Positions 1 through 9,853 are shown, numbered from the stretch's first letter. The stretch: 32,000 nucleotides of DNA from Candidatus Saccharimonadota bacterium (GCF_964030875.1 NZ_OZ034981.1:180001-212000); one strand, 5' to 3'. Translations and numbers: made by a program. The notes: a model not told the origin generated them from the sequence alone.

Positions 1-316
1 GACGTATATTACAATAAAGATCCATAACTTTCCTAATTTTTAGTAACCCTTGTTCAGGTCTAATTTTATGATCACTATCATAGTTAGTATTTCCAACAGT
101 TCCCAATAATACGGCATCACTCTCCATACAAATTTCTAGTGTTTCTTTAGGCAGAGGATCTCCTGTCTTTTGAATAGCTATAGCGCCAATCAAAGCTTCT
201 TGGTAAACGAAATTATGATTAAACTTCTTAGCTATAGCATTCAATACTTTTATTGATTGTCGCATAATTTCAGGTCCTATACCATCCCCGGATAATATTG
301 CTATATTTTTTTTCAT
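1..316 (-). CDS. leuB: 3-isopropylmalate dehydrogenase, N-terminal part (gene runs off the left edge)
   Basis: Not in the ORF track because it is truncated. My translation of the minus strand from the ATG at 316..314 gives MKKNIAILSGDGIGPEIMRQSIKVLNAIAKKFNHNFVYQEALIGAIAIQKTGDPLPKETLE... The ILxGDGIGPEI opening is the standard N-terminus of isopropylmalate/isocitrate dehydrogenases. It lies 13 nt downstream of leuD in a leuA-C-D-B row. Confidence 0.85.
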   Translation of the reverse strand, partial: MKKNIAILSGDGIGPEIMRQSIKVLNAIAKKFNHNFVYQEALIGAIAIQKTGDPLPKETLEICMESDAVLLGTVGNTNYDSDHKIRPEQGLLKIRKVMDLYCNIR

Positions 317-329
317 AATAAAAAAATCC

Positions 330-929
330 TTAAGAAATAAACTCAGAATGCTTTTTCTCAAATGCCTTTATCTTATCTTTAAGACTAATTAGAAAATCTA
401 TATCGTCATATCCATTAAGAAAACAAATTTTTTTATAGGAATCTATATCAAAACTTTCAGATTTATTGGTGGTTCCTATTTTTAAAATCTGTTTTTCCAA
501 ATCTACACAGAGTAAGGTGTTCTTATTAATTTGCACTGCTTGGAATAGATCTGTTAAAAATTTGTCAGAAACTTCTATTGGCAATAACCCATTATTCAAA
601 GTATTTTCTTTGAAAATATCCGCAAAGGAGCTAGAAATTACTACACGAAATCCGTAATCTAAAAGAGCCCATGCAGCATGTTCTCGGCTTGAGCCACAAC
701 CAAAATTTTTTCCAGTTAGCAATATTTCACCAGAATAAGAAGAATTATTAATAATAAAATTTTTTATGGGGATTCCATTATAAGTAAATCTCCAATCTCT
801 AAATAAATTTTCACCAAAATGTTCTCTTGTAGTAGTTTTTAAAAAACGTGCTGGGATAATTTGATCGGTATCTATATTTTCTATTTCTAATGGGACAGCT
901 TTTGAAATAAGGCGGGTGAATTTTTTCAT
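330..929 (-). CDS. leuD: 3-isopropylmalate dehydratase small subunit
   Basis: 199-aa ORF. It has the aconitase swivel-domain signature GKNFGCGSSREHAAWAL and the opening ...PLEIENIDTDQIIPARFLK. It sits directly after leuC. Confidence 0.95.
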   Translation of the reverse strand: MKKFTRLISKAVPLEIENIDTDQIIPARFLKTTTREHFGENLFRDWRFTYNGIPIKNFIINNSSYSGEILLTGKNFGCGSSREHAAWALLDYGFRVVISSSFADIFKENTLNNGLLPIEVSDKFLTDLFQAVQINKNTLLCVDLEKQILKIGTTNKSESFDIDSYKKICFLNGYDDIDFLISLKDKIKAFEKKHSEFIS

Positions 930-934
930 CTGAT

Positions 935-2326
935 CTAATTTAAAAGAGAATTTTCTTCTATATAACGATTTATGTTAACGATTTTTCCTTCTATAGCTGT
1001 TATAGCTGCTACTAAAGGACTAGCTAACAAAGTTCTTGACCCATGACCTTGTCTACCTTCAAAATTTCTGTTGGAAGTAGAAACACAATAAGACCCCGAA
1101 GGGATTTTATCTTCATTCAGACCTAAGCAAGCTGAACATCCAGATTCTCTTAATTCAAATCCAGCCTTTTTAAAGATAATATCTAATCCTTCTTCACGAA
1201 GTTTACGAATTATTTTTTGTGATCCTGGGACAATCATTGCTTGAACATTATGAGCTTTTTTCTTATTTTTTACTATTTTCGCTACTAAATAAAGATCTTC
1301 TAGGCGAGCATTAGTACAACTACCTATAAAAACATAATCAATAGTCTTCCCTATAAGAGATTCATTGTTTTTTAGTCCCATATACTCCAAAGATTTTTGG
1401 TCTGTATGTTTAGGAATTTTTTTACTTATTTTTATCGCCATTCCTGGATTGGTGCCATATGTTATCATGGGTTCTATATCGGAAGCATCGAAAGAATATT
1501 TTCTATCAAATAGAGCATCTTCATCCGTATAAAGATTTTTCCAATACTTTATTGCATTTTTGAAAGTGATCCCAGTAGGAGAAAATTTATGACCCTCTAA
1601 GTAAGAAAAAGTGGTTTTATCCGGAGCAACAATTCCGCCTTTGGCTCCCATTTCAATACTCATATTACAAATAGTCATACGACCTTCCATGCTCATTTGT
1701 CTAAATATACCTCCTGTATATTCTACAAAATGCCCAGTAGCTCCACCGGTTCCAAGTTTGGAAATAATGTATAGTATTACATCTTTGGGAGTCACACCTT
1801 TCTTAAGATTACCCTCGACATGGATACGCATTTGTTTCGGTTTTCTCTGTAGAATACATTGGCTAGCCATTACCATGGCTACTTGACTGGTCCCGATACC
1901 AAAAGCAATAGATCCGAAAGCACCGTGCGTCGAAGTATGGCTATCTCCGCAAACAATAGTCATTCCAGGGAACGTTAGACCCAGTTCAGGTCCGATTACA
2001 TGAACTATTCCCTGATATTTATGTCCTAATCCAAAGAGTTTAAGATTATGTTTTTTACAATTACTAGATAAGGTTTCTATTTGATTTCTTGACAGTGGAT
2101 CTAGAATAGGTAAATGTTGATCCTTAGTAGGCACGTTATGGTCAGCGGTAGCGATCATTTGACGTTTTCTGAATATTGGTAATCCTTTTTTTTCCAATTC
2201 TTCAAAAGCTTGTGGACTAGTCACTTCATGAATAAAATGTCGATCTATATAAAGTACTCCGTAACCTCCTGGAATATTCATTACAATATGAGATTCCCAA
2301 ACTTTATCAAATAAACTTTTTGCCAT
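935..2326 (-). CDS. leuC: 3-isopropylmalate dehydratase large subunit
   Basis: 463-aa ORF with the MAKSLFDKVWESH opening. Aconitase-family Fe-S ligand regions are present: VCGDSHTSTHGAFG, IGSCTNARLEDL and SGCSACLG..NRNFEGRQG. Confidence 0.97.
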   Translation of the reverse strand: MAKSLFDKVWESHIVMNIPGGYGVLYIDRHFIHEVTSPQAFEELEKKGLPIFRKRQMIATADHNVPTKDQHLPILDPLSRNQIETLSSNCKKHNLKLFGLGHKYQGIVHVIGPELGLTFPGMTIVCGDSHTSTHGAFGSIAFGIGTSQVAMVMASQCILQRKPKQMRIHVEGNLKKGVTPKDVILYIISKLGTGGATGHFVEYTGGIFRQMSMEGRMTICNMSIEMGAKGGIVAPDKTTFSYLEGHKFSPTGITFKNAIKYWKNLYTDEDALFDRKYSFDASDIEPMITYGTNPGMAIKISKKIPKHTDQKSLEYMGLKNNESLIGKTIDYVFIGSCTNARLEDLYLVAKIVKNKKKAHNVQAMIVPGSQKIIRKLREEGLDIIFKKAGFELRESGCSACLGLNEDKIPSGSYCVSTSNRNFEGRQGHGSRTLLASPLVAAITAIEGKIVNINRYIEENSLLN

Positions 2327-2330
2327 CAGG

Positions 2331-3494
2331 TTAAAGATTTGTAATAAAATTCGCAGTCTTTAAAATAATTTTAAGATCTTCATTATGTACTTCTTTTTTT
2401 TTATCCGCATGTTCTAAGAAAATAGGATAAATAATATTTAAATCTTTTTTAGAGAAAGTATATCCCATTTTTTGAAATCTATAAGCTAAAGCAGCACGGC
2501 CACTACGAGCCGTTAAAACTATAGAAGATTCCTTAACACCTACCTCTTTCGGAGAAAGAATTTCATAAGTTTCACGTTTTTTTATCAATCCATCTTGATG
2601 AATTCCTGAAGAATGAGCAAAAGCATTGTCTCCTACTATAGCTTTATTAGCTTGAACATACATCCCAGTCCGTTCAGAAACTAGCCAACTAGTAGGACTA
2701 AGTAATTCAGATTTGATATTTGTATATAATCTTAATGAACGATGTTTTTTAACAATCAGAACAATTTCTTCTAGAGAAGTATTTCCAGCACGTTCTCCTA
2801 AACCATTTATGGTGCATTCTACTTGCTGAGCACCATGAATAATACCGGATAATGAATTAGCTGTAGCTAAACCTAAATCATTGTGACAATGGGTAGAAAG
2901 AACAGCTTTATGAATGCCTTTAACATTTTCTTTTAGATAAAGAATTTTTTTTCCATATTCTTCTGTCAGACAATAACCTGTGGTTTCTGGAATATTCAAT
3001 ACTGTGGCTCCGGCTTTTATCACTGACTCACATACACGAGCAAGAAACTCGTTATCTGTTCTACCAGCATCTTCCGCATAGAATTCGACATCTTCTACAA
3101 AACTTTTGGCATATTTCACTGCTGCTATGGCAGTTTCTATAATTTTTTCAGAAGTACTATTAAATTTATATCTTATATGAAATTCTGAGGTGCCTATACC
3201 TGTATGAATACGTTGTCTTTTAGCTGATTTAATAGATTCTGCTGCTACTTCAATATCTTTTTTTATTGCTCTTGATAGAGCACATACAATAGGTATGGAA
3301 ACCGATTGACTGATTTCCTTAACTGATTTAAAATCTCCAGGACTTGAAATAGGAAATCCTGCTTCAATTACATCTACTCCTAATTGTTCAAGTTGTCGTG
3401 CAATTTCAATTTTTTCTATAACATTCAACTTGCATCCAGGTACTTGTTCTCCATCTCTTAATGTTGTATCGAAAATTTCGATTTTTTTATTCAT
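2331..3494 (-). CDS. leuA: 2-isopropylmalate synthase (short form, catalytic domain only)
   Basis: 387-aa ORF with [17 protein letters not shown] and [13 protein letters not shown] (HMGL-like TIM barrel). It is the first gene of the leu row. Confidence 0.92.
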   Translation of the reverse strand: MNKKIEIFDTTLRDGEQVPGCKLNVIEKIEIARQLEQLGVDVIEAGFPISSPGDFKSVKEISQSVSIPIVCALSRAIKKDIEVAAESIKSAKRQRIHTGIGTSEFHIRYKFNSTSEKIIETAIAAVKYAKSFVEDVEFYAEDAGRTDNEFLARVCESVIKAGATVLNIPETTGYCLTEEYGKKILYLKENVKGIHKAVLSTHCHNDLGLATANSLSGIIHGAQQVECTINGLGERAGNTSLEEIVLIVKKHRSLRLYTNIKSELLSPTSWLVSERTGMYVQANKAIVGDNAFAHSSGIHQDGLIKKRETYEILSPKEVGVKESSIVLTARSGRAALAYRFQKMGYTFSKKDLNIIYPIFLEHADKKKEVHNEDLKIILKTANFITNL

Positions 3495-3605
3495 AACAAC
3501 TTTAAACTTATTATTAAAATAATAAAAGGAAACTACATGATAAAGTGACTAAATCCGAGGAATAATGGATATTTTTTTTAGATCGCACGTATTCATTACA
3601 TAGAC

Positions 3606-4931
3606 ATGATTTTTTTCAATAAAAAATTAAAATTAATGAAAGACCTCATACAAGAACTATCCTGGAGAGGATTACTAAAAAATATAACTCCAGGACTTAT
3701 AGAGAAATCAAAAAAACGACCGATAACTCTATACGTTGGATTTGATCCGACGGCGGATTCTTTACATATCGGGAATTTATTACCTATCTTACTTCTCATT
3801 CATTTTGAACGAGCAGGACATCATCCTATAGCTGTTTTAGGAGGAGCTACGGGAATGATTGGTGATCCATCTGGAAAATCTTCAGAACGTAAATTACTAG
3901 ATAAGGATCTCATTGAACATAATATTCAATGTCTTAAAGAACAATTGTCTCGATTACTATACATTAAATCGAGTAAGATTCGCTTGCTCAACAATTATGA
4001 TTGGATAAGTCCACTATCTTTTATAGAATTTGTCCGAGATGTAGGGAAACACTTTACTATAAACTATATGCTATCAAAAGATTCTATAAAAAAACGTTTT
4101 AACCCCGAATCACCAAAGAAGGGAATGTCTTTTACTGAATTCACTTATCAACTATTGCAAGGATATGATTTTTATCATCTTTATAAAAATGAAAACTGTC
4201 TATTACAAATAGGTGGTTCAGATCAATGGGGAAACATCGTTACTGGCATAGAACTTATTAGAAAAAAAACCTCGGGAACAGCATATGGTCTGACCTTCCC
4301 ATTAGTTACTAAATCCGATGGGACAAAATTCGGGAAAAGCAAGGTGGAAGGAAATATTTGGTTAGATGCTAAACGGACTTCACCCTACATTTTTTTTCAA
4401 TTTTGGATGAATATTTCAGATGACGAAGCAATACGTTTTATTAAAATGTATACTTTGTTACCTATTGAAGAAATAGATCAGCTTATTGAAGAGCATAAAA
4501 AAGCACCTAATAAACGAATTCTACAACAAATACTTGCTAAAGAGATCACTCAATGGATATATAGTACGGAATACTATAATAAATCGGTATATGCTTCAAA
4601 ATTTTTATTCAATAATAATTTGATAGCCTCTTTAAAAGATTTAGATAAAAAAACATTTATTTCGATTTTTGAGGGCGTTCCCCGCGCTACTATCTTTATG
4701 GAAGATTTGCTAAAAGGTGTGTCTATCATAGAGGTACTTACAGAGAAAAGTGGTTTTTTTTCTTCAAAAGGAGAAGCACGTCGTTCTTTGAAAGAAAAAT
4801 CGATTTCAGTTAATCATCAAAAAGTTGATGAAAATTTTACTTTAAGTAAAATCCATATAATAGCAGAACGTTATATACTTTTGAAAAAAGGAAAAAAGAA
4901 ATATTTAATTCTAGAAGCAACGGAATCTTAA
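3606..4931 (+). CDS. tyrS: tyrosine--tRNA ligase
   Basis: 441-aa ORF. It has class I motifs DSLHIGNLL (HIGH) and TKFGKSK (KMSKS) and a C-terminal S4-like domain. The more likely start is the ATG at 3636 (MKDLIQELSWRGL), and the first 10 codons are probably a track artefact. Confidence 0.95.
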   Translation: MIFFNKKLKLMKDLIQELSWRGLLKNITPGLIEKSKKRPITLYVGFDPTADSLHIGNLLPILLLIHFERAGHHPIAVLGGATGMIGDPSGKSSERKLLDKDLIEHNIQCLKEQLSRLLYIKSSKIRLLNNYDWISPLSFIEFVRDVGKHFTINYMLSKDSIKKRFNPESPKKGMSFTEFTYQLLQGYDFYHLYKNENCLLQIGGSDQWGNIVTGIELIRKKTSGTAYGLTFPLVTKSDGTKFGKSKVEGNIWLDAKRTSPYIFFQFWMNISDDEAIRFIKMYTLLPIEEIDQLIEEHKKAPNKRILQQILAKEITQWIYSTEYYNKSVYASKFLFNNNLIASLKDLDKKTFISIFEGVPRATIFMEDLLKGVSIIEVLTEKSGFFSSKGEARRSLKEKSISVNHQKVDENFTLSKIHIIAERYILLKKGKKKYLILEATES

Positions 4932-5815
4932 GAAAGAAAATAACCTAAACGTTTTAGTTTACTTTTATTTGAACGCCAATTTTTATTTATCTTTACATAA
5001 AGATGTAAAAAAATTCTTTTTTGAAAGAATCTTTCAAGACTTTTTCTTGAAATTATGCTTAATTTTTTTATAGCTTTTCCCTTGTTTCCTATTAAAATCT
5101 CTTTTTGGGAGTTTCTTTCCAAGTGAATAGAACAATACACTTTTAAAAGTGATTCTTTATCTTCGAAACTATCGATAGATACTTCAGATGAATAAGGAAT
5201 CTCTTTTCTATATAAAAAGAATATCTTCTCACGAAGAATTTCACTAACAAAAAATCTTTCTGAACGGTCTGTAATATCATCTTTGGTATAGTAGGCTTTA
5301 TGTTCAGGTAATAAATGGATAACCTTTTTTAGTAGTATCTGAATATTTTTTTTTTTTTTTGCTGATATTGGAAGTATTTCAGCTTTTGTAAAAATATTCC
5401 CCCAATAATAAATAGTATCCTTAAGGGTCTTTTTATCGATACAATCGATTTTATTAATCAACAATAACATAGGTATAGAATTATTTTTAATTATTTTTAA
5501 AATCTTTCTGTTTTTTTGCATTGTTTTCCTTCCCTCCACCATAAGAATAAGTATATCTGCATCTTCAATAGATTTTTTGACAAAACCCATCATTATATTT
5601 TGCATTGTATAAGAAGCTTCTAAAATACCAGGAGTATCATAAAAAATAATTTGATAATTATCATTATTTACAATTCCTATAATACGATGTCTAGTTGTCT
5701 GAACTTTAGGTGTAACAACAAAAAGACGTTCACCAACTAAAACGTTCATTAGTGTGGATTTTCCTACATTTGGATTACCAATGATGGTAACAAAGCCGGA
5801 TTTGTGATTAACCAT
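4928..5815 (-). CDS. era: GTPase Era
   Basis: 295-aa ORF with GNPNVGKSTLMN (G1), DTPG (G3), NKID (G4) and a C-terminal KH domain. It contains an A15 tract (plus-strand T run 5346..5360). Its stop codon shares the palindrome TTAA (4928..4931) with the tyrS stop. Confidence 0.95.
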   Translation of the reverse strand: MVNHKSGFVTIIGNPNVGKSTLMNVLVGERLFVVTPKVQTTRHRIIGIVNNDNYQIIFYDTPGILEASYTMQNIMMGFVKKSIEDADILILMVEGRKTMQKNRKILKIIKNNSIPMLLLINKIDCIDKKTLKDTIYYWGNIFTKAEILPISAKKKKNIQILLKKVIHLLPEHKAYYTKDDITDRSERFFVSEILREKIFFLYRKEIPYSSEVSIDSFEDKESLLKVYCSIHLERNSQKEILIGNKGKAIKKLSIISRKSLERFFQKRIFLHLYVKINKNWRSNKSKLKRLGYFLS

Positions 5816-5853
5816 GTTAAGGTATAAAGAATTTTTCTACAAAAAAATCAATT

Positions 5854-6474
5854 ATGATAAACATTCAAAGTACAAGTTTTATATCAAGCAGTACAAAAAA
5901 ATCTAAATTACCAGAACCTAATTTACCAGAATATGCCTTTGCAGGACGTTCAAATGTCGGAAAATCGAGCTTGATTAATATGCTAACGAATAGAAAAAGA
6001 CTTGCAAAAACATCATCATTTCCAGGAAAAACACGTTTAATTAATCATTTTTTAATCAATAATAAGTGGTATTTAGCAGATTTACCTGGTTATGGATATG
6101 CTGAGATATCTAAAAAGGAAAGAAAAAGAATACAAAAATTAATATACGATTATATAAGTTCTCGTGAAAATCTTTTCTGTTTATTTGTACTTATAGATAG
6201 TCGTTTACCGATACAGAAAAATGATCGAAACTTTTTTAAATATATTGGTGAAAAACAAATTCCATTTTGCTTAATTTTTACTAAAACAGATAAATTAAGT
6301 TTTAAAAAATGTGAAAGAAATATTTCACTATATAAGAAAACTTTATTAGAAGATTGGGAAGTAATACCCACTTTTTTTAAAAGTTCCTATAATTCAATAG
6401 AGGGAAAAATAAAAATTCTTAAATATATAGAAACTCTTAATGAACAATGGGAAACTCATATAGTAAACTCATAA
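5854..6474 (+). CDS. engB: ribosome biogenesis GTP-binding protein EngB/YsxC/YihA
   Basis: 206-aa ORF with AGRSNVGKSSLIN, DLPGYGYA and TKTDK motifs. Confidence 0.9.
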   Translation: MINIQSTSFISSSTKKSKLPEPNLPEYAFAGRSNVGKSSLINMLTNRKRLAKTSSFPGKTRLINHFLINNKWYLADLPGYGYAEISKKERKRIQKLIYDYISSRENLFCLFVLIDSRLPIQKNDRNFFKYIGEKQIPFCLIFTKTDKLSFKKCERNISLYKKTLLEDWEVIPTFFKSSYNSIEGKIKILKYIETLNEQWETHIVNS

Positions 6475-6883
6475 TAGCTAGATCATAAGATTTCAGACCA
6501 AACCCAAAGATAGAACCTTTACAAACAGCAGAAATTAAGGACCTATGACGAATTTCTTCACGGGAATAAACATTAGTAAGATGTACTTCTACTACAGGTA
6601 TATGAATAGCACGAATAGCATCGGCTAATGCTAAAGAAGTATGGGTATAAGCACCAGCATTTAATACAATCCCTATAGAGATTGTACTTTTCTTATGTAA
6701 AAAATCAATAAGTGTTCCTTCATGATTACTTTGCATATAATCCAATTTACAATTGGATAGAAAATATTTGTTTTTAAGGACAGTAATATATTTTTCCATC
6801 GATTCATTACCGTAAAGTTTTGGTTCTCGTTGACCTAGAAGATTTAGATTAGGTCCATTTATTATGGTTATTTCCTTTAACAT
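6437..6883 (-). CDS. aroQ: 3-dehydroquinate dehydratase, type II
   Basis: 148-aa ORF with NGPNLNLLGQREPKLYG and VEVHLTNVYSREEIRHRS, typical of type II DHQase. Its 3' end overlaps the engB 3' end by 38 nt (convergent). Confidence 0.93.
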   Translation of the reverse strand: MLKEITIINGPNLNLLGQREPKLYGNESMEKYITVLKNKYFLSNCKLDYMQSNHEGTLIDFLHKKSTISIGIVLNAGAYTHTSLALADAIRAIHIPVVEVHLTNVYSREEIRHRSLISAVCKGSIFGFGLKSYDLAIMSLLYEFPIVH

Positions 6884-7181
6884 ATATAATTTTTTCTTGG
6901 TAAGCCCACTAAACGATATTCTATCAAGATTGACTACGAACTATTCTGTTCCACCCTAGATGTAAAGTCAAGCTTACTATTTTTTTTGTAATTCCCCGTA
7001 GATAAGAAATTACATCTATTTTAGCTTCAATTTTTAATCTGATCCACAGCTTATTCATTCACCTGTGGTGGGACAATTATGACACCTAATAATAACAATT
7101 TCGTGTTAACTGATCAAGATAATAACGGACTTTATTTATCTTGAGACTAGTATACTTTTATTCAGGATAAAACTTGGTGAG

Positions 7182-7254
<73 letters not shown>

Positions 7255-7308
7255 CTCACAAATCTAAAAGAATATATAACCTTTATCAAGAGAGATCGAG
7301 AATCGTTG

Positions 7309-7382
7309 TGACCTAAGAGGGATTCGAACCCTCACCTTAGGAACCGGAATCCCACGTTCTATCCGATTTAAACTAAGAGGTC
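7309..7382 (-). tRNA. tRNA-Arg (CCG)
   Basis: Hand-folded: GACCTCT TA GTTT AAATCGGATA GAAC G TGGGA TTCCGGT TCCTA AGGT GAGGG TTCGAAT CCCTC TTAGGTC A. The D, anticodon and T arms are good. The acceptor stem pairs at only 5 of 7 positions (C6/T67 and T7/T66 are mismatched). It starts 2 nt after the pth stop. Confidence 0.8.
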
Positions 7383-7384
7383 TT

Positions 7385-7951
7385 TCACTTTTTATTAAAA
7401 ATATTCATTGTCTTTTGTAGTCCACTCATTACAAAAGAAATAATCGCCTTACCCGCTTCATCTATAGACTTCGATAGTACTAAAAACTCTTCATTTGTCC
7501 ACTCACTTAAGACGTAATCTTTTTGTTTTCCTCTTGAAAATTTCCCCCCAATACCGATTCTAAAACGAGGATAATGAGAAGTAGTAAGTATCTCTTGTAT
7601 ATTTTTCAACCCTTTATGCCCTCCATAACCCCCCTTATCACGAATCCGGAATGTACCTAACTTAAGATGAAGATCATCTGTAATGATGAGAAGTTTCTCT
7701 ATAATAATTTGTTCTTTTTCCATACAATATTTTACCGATATTCCGCTTAAATTCATAAAAGTATTAGGTTTTAGTAGTATAAATAGTTTTCCGATTAAAG
7801 AAAAATATAAAATATTTCCAAACCTACATGGCGAAAAATTTATACTATAGTTCTTAGCTAAGATATCTAGTACCATAAAACCAATGTTATGACGAGTATG
7901 TTGATAACTAAAACCTTTATTCCCTAAACCTACAATCAGATACTTTTCCAT
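7385..7951 (-). CDS. pth: peptidyl-tRNA hydrolase
   Basis: 188-aa ORF with IVGLGNKGFSYQHTRHNIGF and RIGIG motifs. Confidence 0.94.
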   Translation of the reverse strand: MEKYLIVGLGNKGFSYQHTRHNIGFMVLDILAKNYSINFSPCRFGNILYFSLIGKLFILLKPNTFMNLSGISVKYCMEKEQIIIEKLLIITDDLHLKLGTFRIRDKGGYGGHKGLKNIQEILTTSHYPRFRIGIGGKFSRGKQKDYVLSEWTNEEFLVLSKSIDEAGKAIISFVMSGLQKTMNIFNKK

Positions 7952-7960
7952 TTTAAAATG

Positions 7961-8962
7961 CTATAAGCTCGAATAGTAACGCCATTTTTTTATAACTTCA
8001 TTCATTTCTTTGGGTAAAGAAACTTCAAAAGACATCTTTTTATTACTTATAGGATGAATAAAATTTAAAGATTGAGCATGCAAAAATTGACCATGTAAAA
8101 AAGAAAAACAATTCTTTACAAATTGTTGATATTCTTTAGAAAATGTTCCTTTTAAAATTTTATTTCCTCCATATTGAATATCATTAAACAAAGGATGACC
8201 AATATACTTAAAATGTGCTCGTATTTGATGAGTACGTCCAGTTTCTAAACGACATTTTAACAAAGTAACATAACTGAATTGTTCACTAATTTTGTAATAA
8301 GTAACGGCAGGCTTTCCAAAAGAACCATCAGGAAATACTTTCATTATAGTTCTATTACGTAGACTTCTACCTATATTTCCACTAATATTTCCTGATTTTC
8401 CTATATTTCCCCAAACTAAAGCAAGATAATATCGTTGTGTGTTTTTACAAAAAAATTGTCTAGACAAATGTTGAAAATTATAATTATCTTTAGCTACTAC
8501 TATAAGACCACTAGTATCCTTATCAATTCTATGAACTATCCCCAGACGTTGACAGGGATCTTGTTTTTTTAAATAATATTTAAGAGCGTTTAAAAGCGTC
8601 CCATCATCATTTCCATTTCCAGGATACATTGCCATAGCTGTTGGCTTATTAATTACTAATAAATATTCATCTTCATATACAATATTTAAAGGAATGTTTT
8701 CTGCAATAACGTTAAAAACTGGATCTTTCATTATAAAACTGACATAATCCTTAAATTTTACTATATAATTTTGTTTTACAGGGATATCATTTACTAAAAT
8801 CTTTCCTGTTTTTATCGCATTTTTTATTTTACTCCTAGTAGGATGTTGTATCATATTAACTAAAAATTGATCAATTCTAATGGTATTTTGTTTTATATAC
8901 ACTTTTAAATAAAAGCGTTTATAACAGAAATTTTTATTATAAAATGTCTCGCATTTACACAT
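7961..8962 (-). CDS. rluD: RluA/RluD-family 23S rRNA pseudouridine synthase
   Basis: 333-aa ORF. It has an N-terminal S4 domain (RIDQFLVN...SRSKIKNAIKTGKILVN), the catalytic motif HRIDKDTSGLIVVAK, and GRTHQIRAH. The exact start codon is uncertain. Confidence 0.88.
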   Translation of the reverse strand: MCKCETFYNKNFCYKRFYLKVYIKQNTIRIDQFLVNMIQHPTRSKIKNAIKTGKILVNDIPVKQNYIVKFKDYVSFIMKDPVFNVIAENIPLNIVYEDEYLLVINKPTAMAMYPGNGNDDGTLLNALKYYLKKQDPCQRLGIVHRIDKDTSGLIVVAKDNYNFQHLSRQFFCKNTQRYYLALVWGNIGKSGNISGNIGRSLRNRTIMKVFPDGSFGKPAVTYYKISEQFSYVTLLKCRLETGRTHQIRAHFKYIGHPLFNDIQYGGNKILKGTFSKEYQQFVKNCFSFLHGQFLHAQSLNFIHPISNKKMSFEVSLPKEMNEVIKKWRYYSSL

Positions 8963-8974
8963 CTGAAGATTTTT

Positions 8975-9853
8975 ATTAAAATTTTATTCTTAGTTGTTTT
9001 ATCCTTGGAATCTTGCTAGGGAAGCTAAATTATTTAAAATTCGCGTCGACAGATTTTTTATCCGTGGTTTTCTAAATTGTATCTACTGTTTATGGATTCT
9101 GTAAAAATTAATCAAGAACAAATAACCCGTCCATTCCTATCAAAACCTGCTTGGCAGCGGTTAATTGTCATGCTTAGTGGAGTAATATTCAATGTTCTTT
9201 TATCTATATTTTAAGATTCCATTATGGTGAATATTAAATATGGTAGATACTGTAGAACGTAACATATTACATCTCCAACCCAATTACGGATATTTCCTAG
9301 ACTACCAGCTAGAGTAAAAAATGTTAATCACCAGCTGAAAAAATTTGTGTAAAAAAAGGAGATCAAATTAATTTACACCATACACCATGTATGATTTATT
9401 GATCATGTTCTTGAAATTCTTAATAAGTATGATACAATTAGACTGTTTATAAACAGGAATGGAGAACGTTATGAGATGAATATCAAAATATTACGGTCTT
9501 TTATCAGGTACTAAAAAAACCTGGGAAAGCTTAACTACACAAATAAATATATTAAAACCCAAGCTTATAAAAAAGTGGGTAGTATTCTATCTAAATCTTT
9601 TTGGATCATTACTGCTACTTTTTCTATATGGATAGCCAATGTATTACCTATCCCTTCTCTTGATGGAGGTTATGTCTTTTTTATAGAAATGATCATGGGG
9701 AGATATATAAGTGAGAAATTTGTAGAAAAATCCACTATCGTTGGTATTATATTTCTATCCTTATTGATGATTAATTTTGGATATATTAAAGAGGAACGTC
9801 CGTCGATCTTATTTTTTTGTTACTTTTATAATCTTTATAGGGCAAGCTTTTGA
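8975..9853 (+). pseudogene. rseP: RIP metalloprotease RseP (site-2 protease), disrupted
   Basis: Homology is scattered over all three plus frames. Fragments are ..EAKLFKIRVDRFFIRGF.. (8990-9070), PFLSKPAWQRLIVMLSGVIFNVLLSIF* (9130-9215), the PDZ-like PAEKICVKKGDQI (9330-9370) and the C-terminal NVLPIPSLDGGYVFF (ORF 9575..9853). The zinc motif HExxH that should precede AKLF reads YPWNL. There are multiple stops and frameshifts. Confidence 0.82.

Noticed and set aside
2331-3494. leuA (387 aa) as a truncated gene lacking the C-terminal regulatory domain
   Set aside because: The ORF ends cleanly 4 nt before leuC, with no remnant sequence that could have encoded the missing domain. Short catalytic-only isopropylmalate synthases exist. 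I cannot show truncation from this window.
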